The notes under the pieces are model-generated. The model was not told where the DNA came from, searched no databases, and saw only the letters and a list, made by a program, of their open reading frames with translations. A DNA stretch of 64,000 nucleotides from the NCBI GenBank assembly GCA_012295275.1, contig CM022671.1, positions 20,026,001-20,090,000 on the forward strand. The letters run 5' to 3'. Made by a program: the position numbers and the translations under genes. This stretch comes from Chrysomallon squamiferum (taxonomy: Eukaryota; Animalia; Mollusca). Below are positions 33,745-49,110 of the stretch, piece after piece. Every line of letters starts with the position of its first letter. Positions within the stretch are counted from its first letter, which is position 1.

Positions 33745-34138
33745 TGAAGGACATTGTTATATTTACTTTAGCATTTCTTTAACAACGCTTAATTATGTTT
33801 GCCATACGTTAATACGTCACAGGAAAACACTGTAATATTACAGCGATACTTTTACAAATTGTCTAGACTTCTACAGCAGTCTTTTCGTTATTTGGAGATA
33901 CATGTATATATAATCATTATTATTTTAATGTAAGTAATACTGAAGAACATTGTTATATTTACTTTAGCATTTCTTTAACAACGCTTAATTATGTTTGCCA
34001 TACGTTAATACGTCACAGGAAAACACTGTAATATTACAACGATACTGTTACAAATTGTCTAGACTTCTACAGAAGTCTTTTCGTTATTTGGAGATACATG
34101 TATATATATAATCTTTATTATTTTAATGTAAGTAATAC
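33745..34138. repeat. Tandem duplication, 196-bp unit x2 (33745-33940 and 33941-34138), near identical
   Basis: Direct alignment; a few substitutions and one extra TA in copy 2. Confidence 0.97.
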
Positions 34139-35878
34139 ATTATGTATCTTTTTACATAATATTTAACACCAGGAATTGGGTCTAACGCCGTCTTTTGGAT
34201 TTAGGGATAGTTTTGAGATTCATAAGACCACCTTGGAATCCGCCTTTGCTTATTTAATTTCAGTAACTTCAGAGAACCGTGAGAGAACTGTTCATGAAAA
34301 TTGATAGTGCTACGTCTGCCAGTTTCACAAATACTTTTTCTTCATTATTTTTCCTTATTTTTTTATACCTAAAACATATTATTTAATTTCCATAACTTAT
34401 TCACAAAAATATCATACTCTTAGCACGTTTTATTGTTTTATGTATTTTAAATGACAGAAACGTCCGACAGGCTAGACGAAATAATCATAACTTCTGAATA
34501 CCCAACAGATTCTGATTAGACTCTACGTTCAGATATCTTTAATAACTGTTCCTTGGCTATAACAAATTGTCGACATTAATGTAATAAACAGCAAAATGGA
34601 AACATATGTCTATATACCGAAAGTTAATAAAAGTACTGGTATTACGTTTTTGTATTTCTTTATGTAGTCTAATACAGTTAGTTTTAAGAGAATAAGGAAG
34701 GAAAGGAATATTTTTCACGATGGCTCGAAAAGTACTGTGTGTGAGGAATCTTTGTAATAAGGCTCGGCGAAGAATAATGGGAACTTTTGTTTATCAGTTT
34801 CAGTCGATACGCTCCTAAAAGTCTCCGACTTCGCAGTAAAAGTCTACCAGAGGCATTACTTATTAAAAATAGATATTTTATTTCAACCGAGAATAACATA
34901 TCTTTCTGAAATACCTAAAGACAGGTTCAAATGAAAACAAAAACTAAAATATACATAACAGTTTGTTTCAAACAAAATCTGTGATGCTGCAATGCATCAT
35001 TAAAAGCAGAATTGGCGATTTTGACGCAAGTATGCATGGCCCCATTAATTTTAGTCATTTCCTTTCTGCTTTACCTCTGCTTTTTTTTTCCCCTTCACAT
35101 TTCAGGAAAGTTTGGGTTGGCAGAATGTTATCGAACTTGACAGAATAATGAAAAACAATTCGTCTATGCACAGTGTTTCTGAGAATCTAGTATTTGAAAG
35201 AGACTTACTCTAGGAGTTGATTGGTGATTTAGAAAATTAGCAGAACAGACTCAAATGACGAGCAACCTTATGCTTACTCAGCTTTAAATAGGAGCCAATA
35301 TCGGGGCACCTCTCAGACCCTTTTAGTCCTAAGTTGTAGAGCTTAACGGTCTACCATCCCATCGAGGAATACCTAGTCTCTCGCAAGTTTTATTTCATAA
35401 TCTGTTGTCTGTGAAGTATCCGACTCCGTAACCCCTGACAGCTCGGCGGATGTTGATGCATGCACTGTCTACTAGAGTTATCTGAACACGGGAAACGCAA
35501 CTCCTCTGAGCTTTGGCCTTTCAGTTTTGTATCTGGAAACATGGTCTTCTGGAGAAAGAAAAAACGTCAAGTCTGATTGATGGCGACACTCAAGGGCAAT
35601 CACACACGATCCGAACAGACTTAGTGTACGAAGACAAAATAAATTGTTGTGACGTCCCATGATAATACTACAAGTTGTTTGATAGCTGTTTTAAATATAT
35701 CCTTGGTGTAGTTTTATCGTTTGGGACTTACATAGTTTTAATTGTGTTAGATGTGTTTTTATACTGGACCGTAAATCTTTGTTAAAGTTTGGTTAAAGAA
35801 ACGCACTGGAACTGATTTTTAAACGATGAGTTCAGTTTAGTGATTAACACACACACACACACACAAACATATATATAT

Positions 35879-35992
<114 letters not shown>

Positions 35993-38574
35993 AATACATT
36001 ATTTTATTTTTGTATACCAGTCCTTTTCTGATGTAAACAGTTATCACGAAATATCCACTCGCTTGTTCCATTTGCCTTTTTCAGCTTTTAAAAATGTGAA
36101 AAAAAAAAAAAAAAACCCTCTAAATAACACATCTGTGCCAAAAAGGCACAGCCTCAGCGCATTGTATCATGGGATTTTAACTCCAGGCGTGATCCATCAA
36201 CACCCTCTCTTAAGTGACGCAACTTCGGAATGTAAATGGAGCTACAAATGTAAACTGTCATTTTTGAAATTGTAATTAATTTTTAAGCCGATTGCTACTC
36301 TCGGGTGATATAAATTAGCACTTGGGCGACCGGATAATGCACTACACGTTTACAAAGAATGCCTGAAGTACTTGGCACGAACGGCTAAGCTCGCAGACGA
36401 AACTCTGTTACTGCAGGAACCAAACTCCTTGTTTAGTAAATGTAAGCTTGCGATGATCCTCTTAACAAATATCTTGTTCTGGAAGATAATCTTCGACGCT
36501 TTTGAACATCTTTCAATAAATTAAGATCAGTTATAAAGAAGAAACAAAGGAGTATCAAAATACACCTTGAATTTCAATTCCTTGAGGAATCGAGCGAACG
36601 TGCGCGAATTAATATTTAATGTAGTTGTAAATCGCCGGAACATGAAGTTCAGAGCAGACGTCGGCTTAAAATGCAGACAAGAAACATTTTCATTTTTAGT
36701 ATTAAGAAACATGAACCCCAGAACCTGATGCAGCATTATTATTTTTTTCTTCTTTTTAAAAAAAAAAAAAAAAAAAAATATTTGTTTTTATTCGCTTCCA
36801 TTATTAATAGGCGAGATGACATCTGCTTCTGATGGAACTGAAATCTGGTAATACAATAAAAATGTCATCTATTACATATTTTCATATTATATATTCTTTC
36901 AGGCGATATATGTTGTGTAAATGTTATTTCTGTTCCTATTTTATTATCTATTAAGTATCATCATCGTCGTGGTCATCATCATCATCATTGTTATCACCAC
37001 CAGCACAGGAACATCATCGACAATACGATTATTATCACGATCATCATTATATTAATTTTATCATCAGTATCATTATCAAAAGGATCAGCGCAACAGTTTA
37101 TATTATATTGAATCAAAAAGGAATTGTAAAAAAATAAAAAAATAAAAATCTTTTTGATTCTGCGATGTCTCATTTTTAATTGATTTGAACTGAAAATGTT
37201 CACTATTATCTATATTATGAGAGTATTCAGTTGATAAATGTCGAGTCTTTGCCAGGGAAAAGTATCAAGATGTCACGGGTTCAGAATATATTGAGTATTA
37301 AATGGCGTTGTGGTTGAGATTCGGCGACTCATGTTTCAGAATAAACATCTGAGTATCTCTTGATTATTAATAGCGTTAACCAATAATAGCCTTTTAGCTA
37401 TTACATACTGTAAGATACATATCATTATAATACAAACATCATCAAAAATAAATCACAGTAATAAATGTCAACAGAAAGATTTTTTAAAAACACCAATAGG
37501 AAACAGTGATTAAATATTCAAAGACTTATTAAAAACATATTTTACAGTGAGTTTCATTAATGAATATGTGCATGTACTTGTTTTATTACTTTGTTAAGTA
37601 GTCAGTTGTTTTAAAATGGCGATAGTATCAGAGGAATGTGTACTGAATGCGTATTTAAACTTAGGTCCTAATCTGAAGCAGACTCAGATAATCAGTCTGT
37701 ATAATACAGTTTTAAACGTTCACTTTTTTACTATTAAGAATTAGATTATTTAAATTACCAGTGAGTGATGGGGAATATATATATTCCACAATTAGCATTT
37801 TTACATTATTAAGTTAATTAGTTTTATTTTATTTTTTTCACTTTTACTGCTCATACATAAACATGCAGGACACTTCTGAGATATTAAGGGTTAAGCTAGA
37901 TTTATTTAATAACCATGTCATCAGCATGACGTAATCAGCAACAGTATCGATTATTCCTTTAATGGTGAATTCCGCCATTTCGTTTTCAAAGAAAACCACA
38001 AATCCCTATCATATATTGTCGCGGAAACTTGCAATTTGAGGATTTAATTTGTCATTAAGAGAAACGTAGTTCTTGTGTCGCGTCAGTTTCACTTGGTTTG
38101 TTATTCGCAAGGCGGCAGTGTGCCCGCCAATGGTCAAATGTATCTCATAAAATTAATACGAACAAAGAAAAGTTCGTGTGTACGACTGTTAGACGACAGC
38201 GGATTGGTTAATTCAAAGTATCAGACGTTTTAATGGTCTGCGCGGGAATTTGTTCGTTTTGATTATAGATTTAATTCGTGTGTCCATAAAAAGAGATTTA
38301 TAAAATATTAATATAAACGCAATATTTATCATAAAAGTGTGTAAAAAAAAAATTTTGAAAAAAATAATAAAAAAAAAAAAAAAAAAAAAATACGAAACAC
38401 GATTAGAATTTGTGAATAATCAAAAGAATATTGAGAAAATGGTTTTAAAACATTATTAACAAAATGTATATTAATTATCCAAAAATATAAGCCTACAGTT
38501 ACAACATTTGTAATTAATTAATTAATTAATTATATATGTGTACACGGCTGCTTTCTTTTACAAAAATTTATTGT

Positions 38575-38596
38575 CTTTACTTATTTATTTATTTAT

Positions 38597-38660
<64 letters not shown>
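38575..38660. repeat. (ATTT)n/(ATT)n microsatellite
   Basis: Direct reading. Confidence 0.9.
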
Positions 38661-38661
<1 letters not shown>

Positions 38662-39023
38662 AAGGATAGAATAACAAATGTTTAAATTACTTTGGAATCC
38701 AGAAATTGACGTCAGTTCGTATTACACTTCAGCAGACAACGGCACGTTCGCTTGCACGTGCAGTGATGTGGAACCCACTAAAAAATGAAAGGAAGATGTT
38801 TCAAATATCATTCGCAATCTGAAATATGACACTAGTTTTTCTCTGGTGACGGGAAATTAACGATAGACGTCAAGGAAATAAAGACAAAAAAAAAAAAAAA
38901 AAAAAAGAAAGAATAAAAGAAAAAAAGAAAATGAGAAAGAAAGAAAAAGGTTAAAACAAATAAAAAAGAAAAAAAATCTGCTCAGGACTGCAACAATGAT
39001 TACTCGGGAAATTACAAAACCTG

Positions 39024-39060
<37 letters not shown>

Positions 39061-39303
39061 AGAGAAAAAAAAGAAGTAATTAGCTAAATATTTTGTAATG
39101 CCATTTATCGGCTATAATTTCCAAAAGTTTGAAAGCTTTCATTTAAATGAGCCTGTTTTATTAACAGGCATTTCCACTTAGATTAATTTAATTATATTAT
39201 TATTATTATTATTATTACTATTTTTTTTATATATTTTTTTTTGGGGGGGGGAAGTAAAAATGGAATTTTTGAAGTTCCATTATTATTATTAGTAGTAATA
39301 GTG

Positions 39304-39345
<42 letters not shown>

Positions 39346-39455
39346 TAGTAGCAGCAGCAGTAGTAGTATTGCAATTATGTGTCTAAATCGAGAATCCCAG
39401 TTTATATAGTCATAAAAAACAAACATAAAATGAAATAATAATAATGTTATTAATA

Positions 39456-39487
<32 letters not shown>

Positions 39488-39501
39488 GCCTTCTCTTCCG
39501 C

Positions 39502-39534
<33 letters not shown>

Positions 39535-40327
39535 AAATAATACAATAAAAAAATAAACTCAAACGAAGGAAAATCGTTTGAAATGAATATGAGCTGCATT
39601 TTGTTATCAGCTGGGTTTTTTTTCCAACATGAAAAGAAAAATAAATGGCTTCCTACTTTCTCGAAATTTACATGACTGGTGCCTGAATCTTACGTGTGTA
39701 TATCACAATGACCTAATCGAAAGATTCCTGTTGAGTAAAAACTCATAATGTATCCAAGTCGTCACGTAGTTGTACGATTACACAGCGTGTCGTCTGCCTG
39801 TGTCGTCATACGGTTTATACGACAACACCGCGGGGTGCCGTACTGATATCATCAGTGAATTAAGGGTTAGCGCCAAAAGACGGACCACTGCGTAAGTTAC
39901 GTGCGGCCGCCTGCTGTTTGAACTGTATTTTGCGGAACATTTCTGGATGTACGTTTATCTTCTTCTTTTTTTTTTTTTTTAATGTATTTTTTTTTTTGTG
40001 TATATGTTGATAGTTTTCTGAACTGTTGTGACATATGTAAATGAGATCCTTTATATTAGTCATGTAAACACATAAAGAATCGTCGGTTTGTTTACTGGTT
40101 ACCTCTTTCTGTGTGTTTTTTTCCGTAGGGCAATTTCCGATGTGTCATTTTCAATATTTTTCGATCTGGCATTTTTATTCATTACTTAAAATTGCCACAA
40201 TAGAAACGAGCCTCGTCACTGCTGGGGTTTTAAACTCAGACATAATAAATTATTATCTGAAAAACTAATCTAGGCCTGTTTATAATTTAACTGTATCACA
40301 CGCTGTGTCGTATAGATCAGTTTGTCT

Positions 40328-40328
<1 letters not shown>

Positions 40329-40397
<69 letters not shown>

Positions 40398-40405
40398 CTT
40401 TATAT

Positions 40406-40464
<59 letters not shown>
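40329..40464. repeat. Compound (AAT)n-(ACT)n microsatellite
   Basis: Direct reading; source of the poly-N/Y/I/T ORFs. Confidence 0.95.
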
Positions 40465-40465
<1 letters not shown>

Positions 40466-40694
40466 CGCTGCTGTAAGTTCAAATACATTTTAAAACTCTT
40501 TTTAGTTGTTGTTTTCCTTTTTCTTTTTCCCCCAAAATATAATTATATTTTCTATTTAATTAATTAAATTTTAGCTGTTGATGATATTATATAAAGTTTA
40601 AAAGCAATAAAGAAATTTTATAAACATTCACATGAATATACCCTTCATTAATTTCTTAGTTTATTTTGTTTATTTGATGATAATAATAATAATA

Positions 40695-40734
<40 letters not shown>

Positions 40735-43700
40735 CGATGTTAATATTCTTCATTTTTTTAAAATTATTATTACTATCATTATTATTATTATTATTACTAC
40801 TCTGTGTTACTATTATTGTGGATGTTGATATTTGATTTGTTTAAATTTTTCTTTTTTTGTTTTGCTTGTTGTTTTCCTTCGTGTTTTTTCTATTTAAACA
40901 TTGTGTTTCGTACTTTTAGCACAGTTCATTAAATTCATTTTGGTTTTGAGCTTTTAATCGACTTTAGCTTATTATAACAGTTTGATGAATAAAGATTAAA
41001 AGCTAATATATTACGTAGGTTTAATGTATTTTACTTGGCTTTTCTTATGGTGTATGGTTTCTCTATACAATTTCAGTACTTCGTTTAAAAGCTTTGTTGA
41101 AAAGAAAAGAAAGAAAACACAACAACAACAAAAAAAGCCCACGTTGATAAATATTTTAATATTTTCACAGGGAATATCACATTTCAAAGTCAAAGTAAAA
41201 TCAATTTTTCCTTTGGTTTCTTTCAGAATCTTTATACAAAATACAAAATGAACTTAATTCTTTCTCAGAAGTGTACCATTCAGCTTATTTTTTTTTAATA
41301 TGTGCGTATATACTCAGACAGTTGCACACACACACACACACACACATCCACACACATATATACATACATACATATATTCATACATACATTACAAACACAT
41401 ACTATATACATACATACATACATACAAAGTATACATTTAAACATATATATTTATATAAATACGGTAACAAATTAAATACTAAATGAAAACACACAAGGAT
41501 ATATCAACTACATTTTTCTTTTTATTTTGTGTATCTTTTAAGCTCATTTTATTATGGACATTCAAAACTCTTCCAGATCGTTAGACAGCAGGTGCATTTT
41601 CTTCTGTCCCCTCATTAAAAATAAATACCCAATGTAGCAATTGTTTGTTGTTATTACCATTTTGTCTTCAGGTTCATTCTAAAATGGATTCTAAGAATTT
41701 ATTCCGAAACTTCAAAAGAGAAAATTATTTTCTTTTTTGTACTGTTATTGTAGTGGATAAAGGGCTCTAAACCTGTTTTTCTATGAATTCAGTCTTTGTT
41801 TCCTGATTTTTATTAATATTTTTATATGCTTGATGATTCTCTAGATAACTACTACTTCCATTATGCTGAAATATTATTACAGAAGGTAATTTGTTTTGAT
41901 TTAAATTAAGCCAACTCCTGTGTATATTCAGTTACTATAATCTCGTGATAATGCAAATTCTGCATAACATCTACCTTCCTACACTGCATTCATATTACTT
42001 TTGAAATTATACCGAATAACTTATTCAAACAGTTATCATAACACCATTGTCTAAATTACAGATGTTTATTCTTCACACCAGTGTTAATTCGCCCAAGATA
42101 AATCATTACCTTTTGATGACTCACCTATGAGATAGTCTGGTTCTACACATGTTGTTGAAATGGTACTAAGATTCGATGACAGCAGATAAACAGGCAATGA
42201 TAAGTCACGTCAGCGAGAAATCTTCAAACGATTCCATCCACCATCTCCCTGTAAGTCAAACACAGGCATCTTGTGAAACTATTTATCTACGACATGATCG
42301 TGTTGTTTCTGTGTGCTGGTAAAATAGCACAAACTCCTCGCAGCTATTACTTCGCTTCCAGCCAGTGAAACATGAAGAGGAAAGAATCTTCGGTTAAATG
42401 ACCTTGTTTGACAAGATGTCGGAGTTGAAACGACCTCTGTGATGGACGTACGGCAAGAATGCGGATAACCCCAGCTTCGGGACTTGACACAACTGCAAGA
42501 GACAGCTTCATAACCTGAACCATTGCCCAAAGAAAATTGGTTTTGTTTCCAAAAGCACATGTTGTTGTTTTTTTCCGTCCATGAAAGTACAAGCTGTCTT
42601 ATGGTCTAATTGGAAAACGCCCAGAGCATAAACCGAGACTCATGGATGTGTTTCAGAAACGATACCACGTTTACTAGATCTGATCAGTGTGGGAAAGAAG
42701 TATTTTGTTTTCATAGAAGAAAAAACAAGAATTACTATTTTCAGTTCAGTTTGAATAAAAAATTTCAAAGTGTTATCTTTTACACTGTTAGAGAATTTGA
42801 CAGTTTATTAATGTCTGGGAGATTAGCAGAGTAGTTTATTGCAGAAATGATTAGAAACACCGTGCCATTGTCTTTGATGCTGTGTTCATCATCTTTAATG
42901 GTGTATCAGCATTGCAAGTTCAGAAAATATGTATACAGCAATAAAGGCAATTGTATCCAACAGCATATCTTTGTTAAATGAATAAACTGTCAGTTCGTTG
43001 TTCCGTGTGCATAGGTTGAATTCAGAAACCATATTAAAGAGACTCTAATGTATTGGTCCATATTCATAATAAAAAAATTTTATATTTGAAAAAAATCTTT
43101 AAAAATTAGTCAAAATGTTTAAAAACTGAAACCTGCTATCCATTTATAGCTAAAAATATAACTAACAATAAAAGCGTATGACTGAATTTAAACAATAAAC
43201 TAAATAAGAACGATTAAAATTAAATATTTATTACGAGTTGTCACAGTTAAAGAGTATCGACTGAAGCATTCAGATTTGCAGAAGTTCACCGTCATGCGCC
43301 TTAATAATTAACTTGAAGACATTTTTATTACACTGGTTTCATTTACAAAAGTGCACAATTAGTCGACATTTTCATTCACTTCACTTACAACAAATTATTT
43401 CGGTTAACTTAAACTGAATATTGTTATTATCGTGAACAACAAACGTATTTACTCATTTGCGAAATACGGCATAGTTAGTCTTCTTACAACCACCCATCTG
43501 TATAGGACCATGCACGCATGTAAAAACACAAGCATACACAAGCACGCACATTTATAGCATATAAACATATAGAAAAGTGCAAATAGAAATGGGTATATCT
43601 ATTCGACTTAAAACTACTCAGTCGGAAAAAATAATGATAAAATAAAACAAAATAAAAAATATTAAAAGTTATATACAAAGACTGATTCTCAATGAATGAG

Positions 43701-44366
43701 CTTTGCAACAAAGTTTATTTTTTTTTTGTTTGTTTTTTTTTTCTTATTTTTTTTAATAGTTGAGATTTGGTAGATCCATATCTATTCCATTTCAAGCGTT
43801 TAATGTTCATTTTCATCCCTTTTGTGGATAAAACTTGGTGACAATTACCGTTTTACCGAACCGAAATGGTCAAAAATATCTTTTTAACTTTATATCCACA
43901 TTTTTCATTATGTACCTGTTTTGTGTGAAATTGCAACCGATTTTGGCAGTGTAGATAAAGCTTTATTATCTCATAAAAACACAGATTGTCGTTTTAAATC
44001 TTGTTCTTAACTGTTATTGGTTTCTAGTTGACGTTTACGTCGTCACAGAATGTTTTTTGTCGTTTGGAAAAGAAACTTGATCATGTGAAACATTGAAATG
44101 TTCAGCTGTGCGTATTACATCTCACAGACTGCAACGCTCCATAGCCGTTTCCATTGGTGAAATTGCTGTTGGTTTCTAATGGCATTATTAAATGAAGACT
44201 TAGGTCTAATGGGAGTCGTTTATGTCTAGAACGATGCTTATGTGATGTACCTGACGTTTAAGAAACAAAGGCAAATCCACATCATAAAAACGGCAGCAGC
44301 TGCAACAACAACAATAGCAACAGCAACAGCAGCAGCAGCAGCAGCAGCAACAACAACAACAACGAC

Positions 44367-44401
<35 letters not shown>

Positions 44402-46188
44402 GGTAAATAAATAAATGAATAAATTAATTTTGCGTTTAAACCATTGCAATAAACAGCGGAGTGGATAAACTCTTGTCATGTGCGTATCTCTATATATTTA
44501 TATATAAGTATATGCACGCAGATATAATTATGTTTGTAGATAAAATGTATATATTTATATTCGCATGTATACAAGTTTGTTAATCTCGAACATCGACCCC
44601 GAGATCGTCAAGCATTGTACAAACTAATAAAACACTTGTGATAAATCAGGCATTGTAAAGTCAGTGCAAAGTCACGATCACGTATAATAAGATGCAGGAC
44701 GTGAACGAAAAAAAAAAAAAAAAAAAAAAAATTAGGAAAGAAGAAACCAGACGCCAGAAAGATGGGGCACAGAGATAATTCGAAAGTAGTTTCGACACTC
44801 CCGTGTTAAGCCGAGTATATCTTGTCGCCAATCAACTCTTTGTGTGAATCCGCTCTCAGTCAGCCTGAAATTCTCTTTCGAATAACTACATGTACATGAC
44901 ACATACGCACGTAAATTGTTCCTTACGACATATGGGTTTGTACTGAGCCGCGTGAGGTTTCAATTAAACAGAAGACTCTTAAAGCTGAGAGAAAAGAAAA
45001 ACATGAGTTCATATTATAGCAAGTGAAAGACGTGGGGTTTTCCGAGTATGTATGAAATATGTATTGACAAGAGATTTGCTTGATAATTTCTGTAGTACGT
45101 ACATACATGTGTATATAAAAAGATAAGCACGTATAGAGAGATGTGTATAAAGAACATGTGCAATGGAAAGATTGGCACGAATAAATTACCGAGATACGAA
45201 TAAAGTTATTTAAAAATATATATATACTGATTTTTTTAGATACACACAGATATAAATTTAACATTTTACATTTACAAAAGCTCATAGGTACACACATATA
45301 TGCATATATTTGTACATACATAGGTACACGCATATATATATATATATATATATACATGCTGTTATACATACGAGTATTCATACATACATATATAAGTAAA
45401 TACAAATGTTGATAGTCACACACATTTTCATAAGTTTGTTAACCATACAGATATTGTAGAAATATTTCTTTTAAAAATTCGTACTGAAAAATATTTCTGT
45501 CTTGTTTACATAATACTTAACACAATTATGTCAAACAAAACGCTTATAGGATCTGAAAATACTGTTGTTGATATTGTTATTATTTATCCCTTTCTGTTTT
45601 TTGGTGGGTTTTTTGTTTTTGTTTTTTAGGGTTTTTTTTTGTTTTGTTTTTTGTAGGGCTGTTTGACATTAGAATATTATTTCGACCATGTCGCTGACAG
45701 GTTATGTTTGCACGAATAAATTTGATCCTACCTTTACAGATACTCATCTAAAGATTAATTTTTTTTATGATACGGCGACACTGATCGTACGATATTTACC
45801 TACAGGGCAGAGTCAAAATAAATTGGATAGCATTCAGTCAGATTTTTAATTCTAAATGATTGCTCCTTAAATAGGTTTTCTTTGACAAGCGACGATTATA
45901 AGGAGGATTAACCGAAGATATAACCCATTCTGTTGGTACAAATAATTTGTAACGCACCAGTTGTTTTATCAGTTTGTAATATATTTAAATATGAAAAAAA
46001 TAACTAGTCGTTAATTATCTGGATTTTTTTAAATTTAATTTTTATATGCTAGTTCGAGAATTGGTTTCGTAGAATCATGTTTTAGCAAAGCATCAAGAAA
46101 GTGAAAGCGAGAGATAAAATAATATAAAGTGGGGAAAATCAAACTGAAAAACACTCAAGAATGTATTTTTATACATATACACGGTCAT

Positions 46189-46220
<32 letters not shown>

Positions 46221-46298
46221 ACACACACGCACATACACATATATAAACACATATGCACACATACATACACACATATATAACTACAGACACACACAACC

Positions 46299-46330
<32 letters not shown>

Positions 46331-48384
46331 GTATGTGTGTATATATACATATACATACATATACATACATGCAAAGAGACAGAGATATACCAGCAGAGAT
46401 AGTAACATAATGTGATTTATATAAAAAATAATAAATTATAATTAAGCCCATAGTTAATAAAGGCGTCTGAAACGAAACAACGAACGTCTAGGAAAATATA
46501 ACATTTCCCGCGACATATTAAATGCTATTATTACTGGTCTATTCATCATCATCCAGACTACAGAGGGAAACATATATGGAGGAAACTTATATGCTATAAA
46601 AACAAGAAGGTACATAAAGACTGTAAAAAATGTCATGTAATTTAAGATATATATATATAATTTCTTTTAAGTAAATAAAGAAAACCCTATCCATAACAGA
46701 AAAATATTCAGTAACAACTAATCGATAAAATCTGTAAAGCTGTTAAAGACAGAAATTTGAAGAACAAATAGAAAGAGAAATAATATATTCAGACATATAC
46801 ATAACAGACAGTCACATAGACACATACACTCATTGACTCACATTCGTTCAAAGTTACCTAGACAGACTGATATTATAGATAGACAGACAGACAGACAAAC
46901 TGACAGACAGACAGACAAACAGATAAAAACATAGATAGACAACAGTAGATACGAAGAAGAAAAGAGTAATTTTTTATGTACTGAAAGATATCTGACTAAA
47001 TGGAGGCACTATGATGATGTGTTGTGTTCTTCTGTGTTCCGCGGCTGTGGTGATAATCAAAAAATAACAAATTGGGAAATGATCAATAAGTCATCTCGAC
47101 CTTTTCAGTTTTTTACAATTCTTAATATTTTGAGCATCTCGTCAGAACACAAAAAAGACGAAGAAGAAAAGAAAGAAGAAGTAAATTAAACAGCAAGAAG
47201 AATAAGAATAAGAAAAGAAAAAATTATTTTTTATAAGCTAAACATTTCAAACAAACAAATATTATATGAACATGGTTTGAAAAAAATGTTGTAAGAACTT
47301 TTAATCATGAATAAAACTGATACCAACATTCTAATTCATTGTGCACTAGTTGTAGCAATGTTCTGCATACATATATACATAAAATATCATTTCGTCGCAT
47401 TTACTTTTTCAACTTTGCGTGGTATATAACAGATGGTCGCAGCGGATCATTGTTTGTACATTCATGATGTCATCTGATCTGAACGCTGGACTCATACGGG
47501 TATCCTGTCTGTGGATATTTGATACCGCGATATTGAAATCTTAAACCAGCTGACAACAACACATCGCTTGAAGGTTAGAGGTTGAAATGTCAGATACACA
47601 ATTAATATGACTGTGAAAAATGACTTAGCTGTGTTAACCATACCAAGCCGTGGCTCAGAATCTTGACTGGAAACATTATTTAATTCTGATGATCTGATGA
47701 AGATCTACATATCAGAATCGTGTGTGTAAAAAAAGTGTAGTGGGATTCGATAAAAAACCAAACACTCGAACAAGAACAACAACAACCAAAAAAAAAAAAA
47801 AAAAAAAAAAAAAGTTAAGAAGAAAAGGAGTCAACAAGTTTTCCTTTGGTTAGGAGAAAAAATTGCTTAAGTTCATCTGGCTTATTTCCAAGTTAATATT
47901 GTGATTGTATCTGGCCAATGTAAAGTAATAAAGTAAAATAATAAAACTGAATATTCTATTCTCCCTTTTAAGATTATATCTTTCTATATCTAGGAATGAA
48001 TGTATATATATATATATAATTGATCCATTCTGAATATTAAAAGCTAAATGATCATATTATATTATACCTAAATGTGAAAGTAATTTAAAACAAAATATTA
48101 CTATAGTATTATTACAGGAACAAAATATCAGACACAATTAAATGTCCACAGCGAACATAAAACATTAACAAAGAGAAACAATTATCTCCGTAATACTGAA
48201 ACATTTGTTGCCTTGCCAACACCAAATCACTGTACACAGCACATTTCCAACAGAGATCTATTACAGAATATAAAACCTTAACAGAGTTAATGATGGCTAT
48301 AATAATGTACGCCATTTGAGTTGTAGTTAAAAAACAGAATTTCACATTATTTATCGATCTTCTTTCATAAAATAACATATATTT

Positions 48385-48486
48385 GTTTATGTATGTGTGT
48401 GTGTCTGTTGGTGTGTGTGTATATGCACACACACACATTTACACACACACGCACACTATATATATATATATATATATACGTATACG

Positions 48487-48585
<99 letters not shown>

Positions 48586-48960
48586 TGTCGTTTAGTATCT
48601 TGAAATTGAATATTTCGTGTTCCTTCAACATTATTATCTTTCAAAGGATTTTTTTTTCTTCTTTTTTAAACTCCAAGAATAATAATCGCGGTTAGTTTAT
48701 TACTGTGTGGCGAACACAACGGAAATAATAATATGATGTTTTTTCCTCTCTAATTACTGTCACAACTTCTCAGGTAACCACACAGATCCATCATTCTAAA
48801 ATTTCGCCATTTATTTCTCATCACCATAGAAACATATACACAAAAACAGAATTGGTGTCATTTATATAATGTTATGTTTGTGCAATTGCTAAGGCAAAAA
48901 TATAAGGCTTGCATACACACATATAAAACATACTTACAAACAAACATACATACATACATA

Positions 48961-48993
<33 letters not shown>

Positions 48994-49110
48994 TATACAT
49001 ACATACATACATACATACATACATACATACATACGTAGATACATACATACATACATACATACATACATACATACGTACATACATACATATATACATACTA
49101 AACACACACA
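48385..49110. repeat. Cluster of (GT)/(TA)/(CA)/(ATAC)n microsatellites
   Basis: Direct reading. Confidence 0.9.

Noticed and set aside
42279-42592. Two overlapping minus-strand ORFs in a GC-richer block
   Set aside because: No recognisable protein motif or convincing exon boundaries; treated as a non-coding block.
47500-47515. TATCCTGTCTGTGG match to the Meta SINE core
   Set aside because: Only ~14 bp, and the flanks do not continue the consensus.
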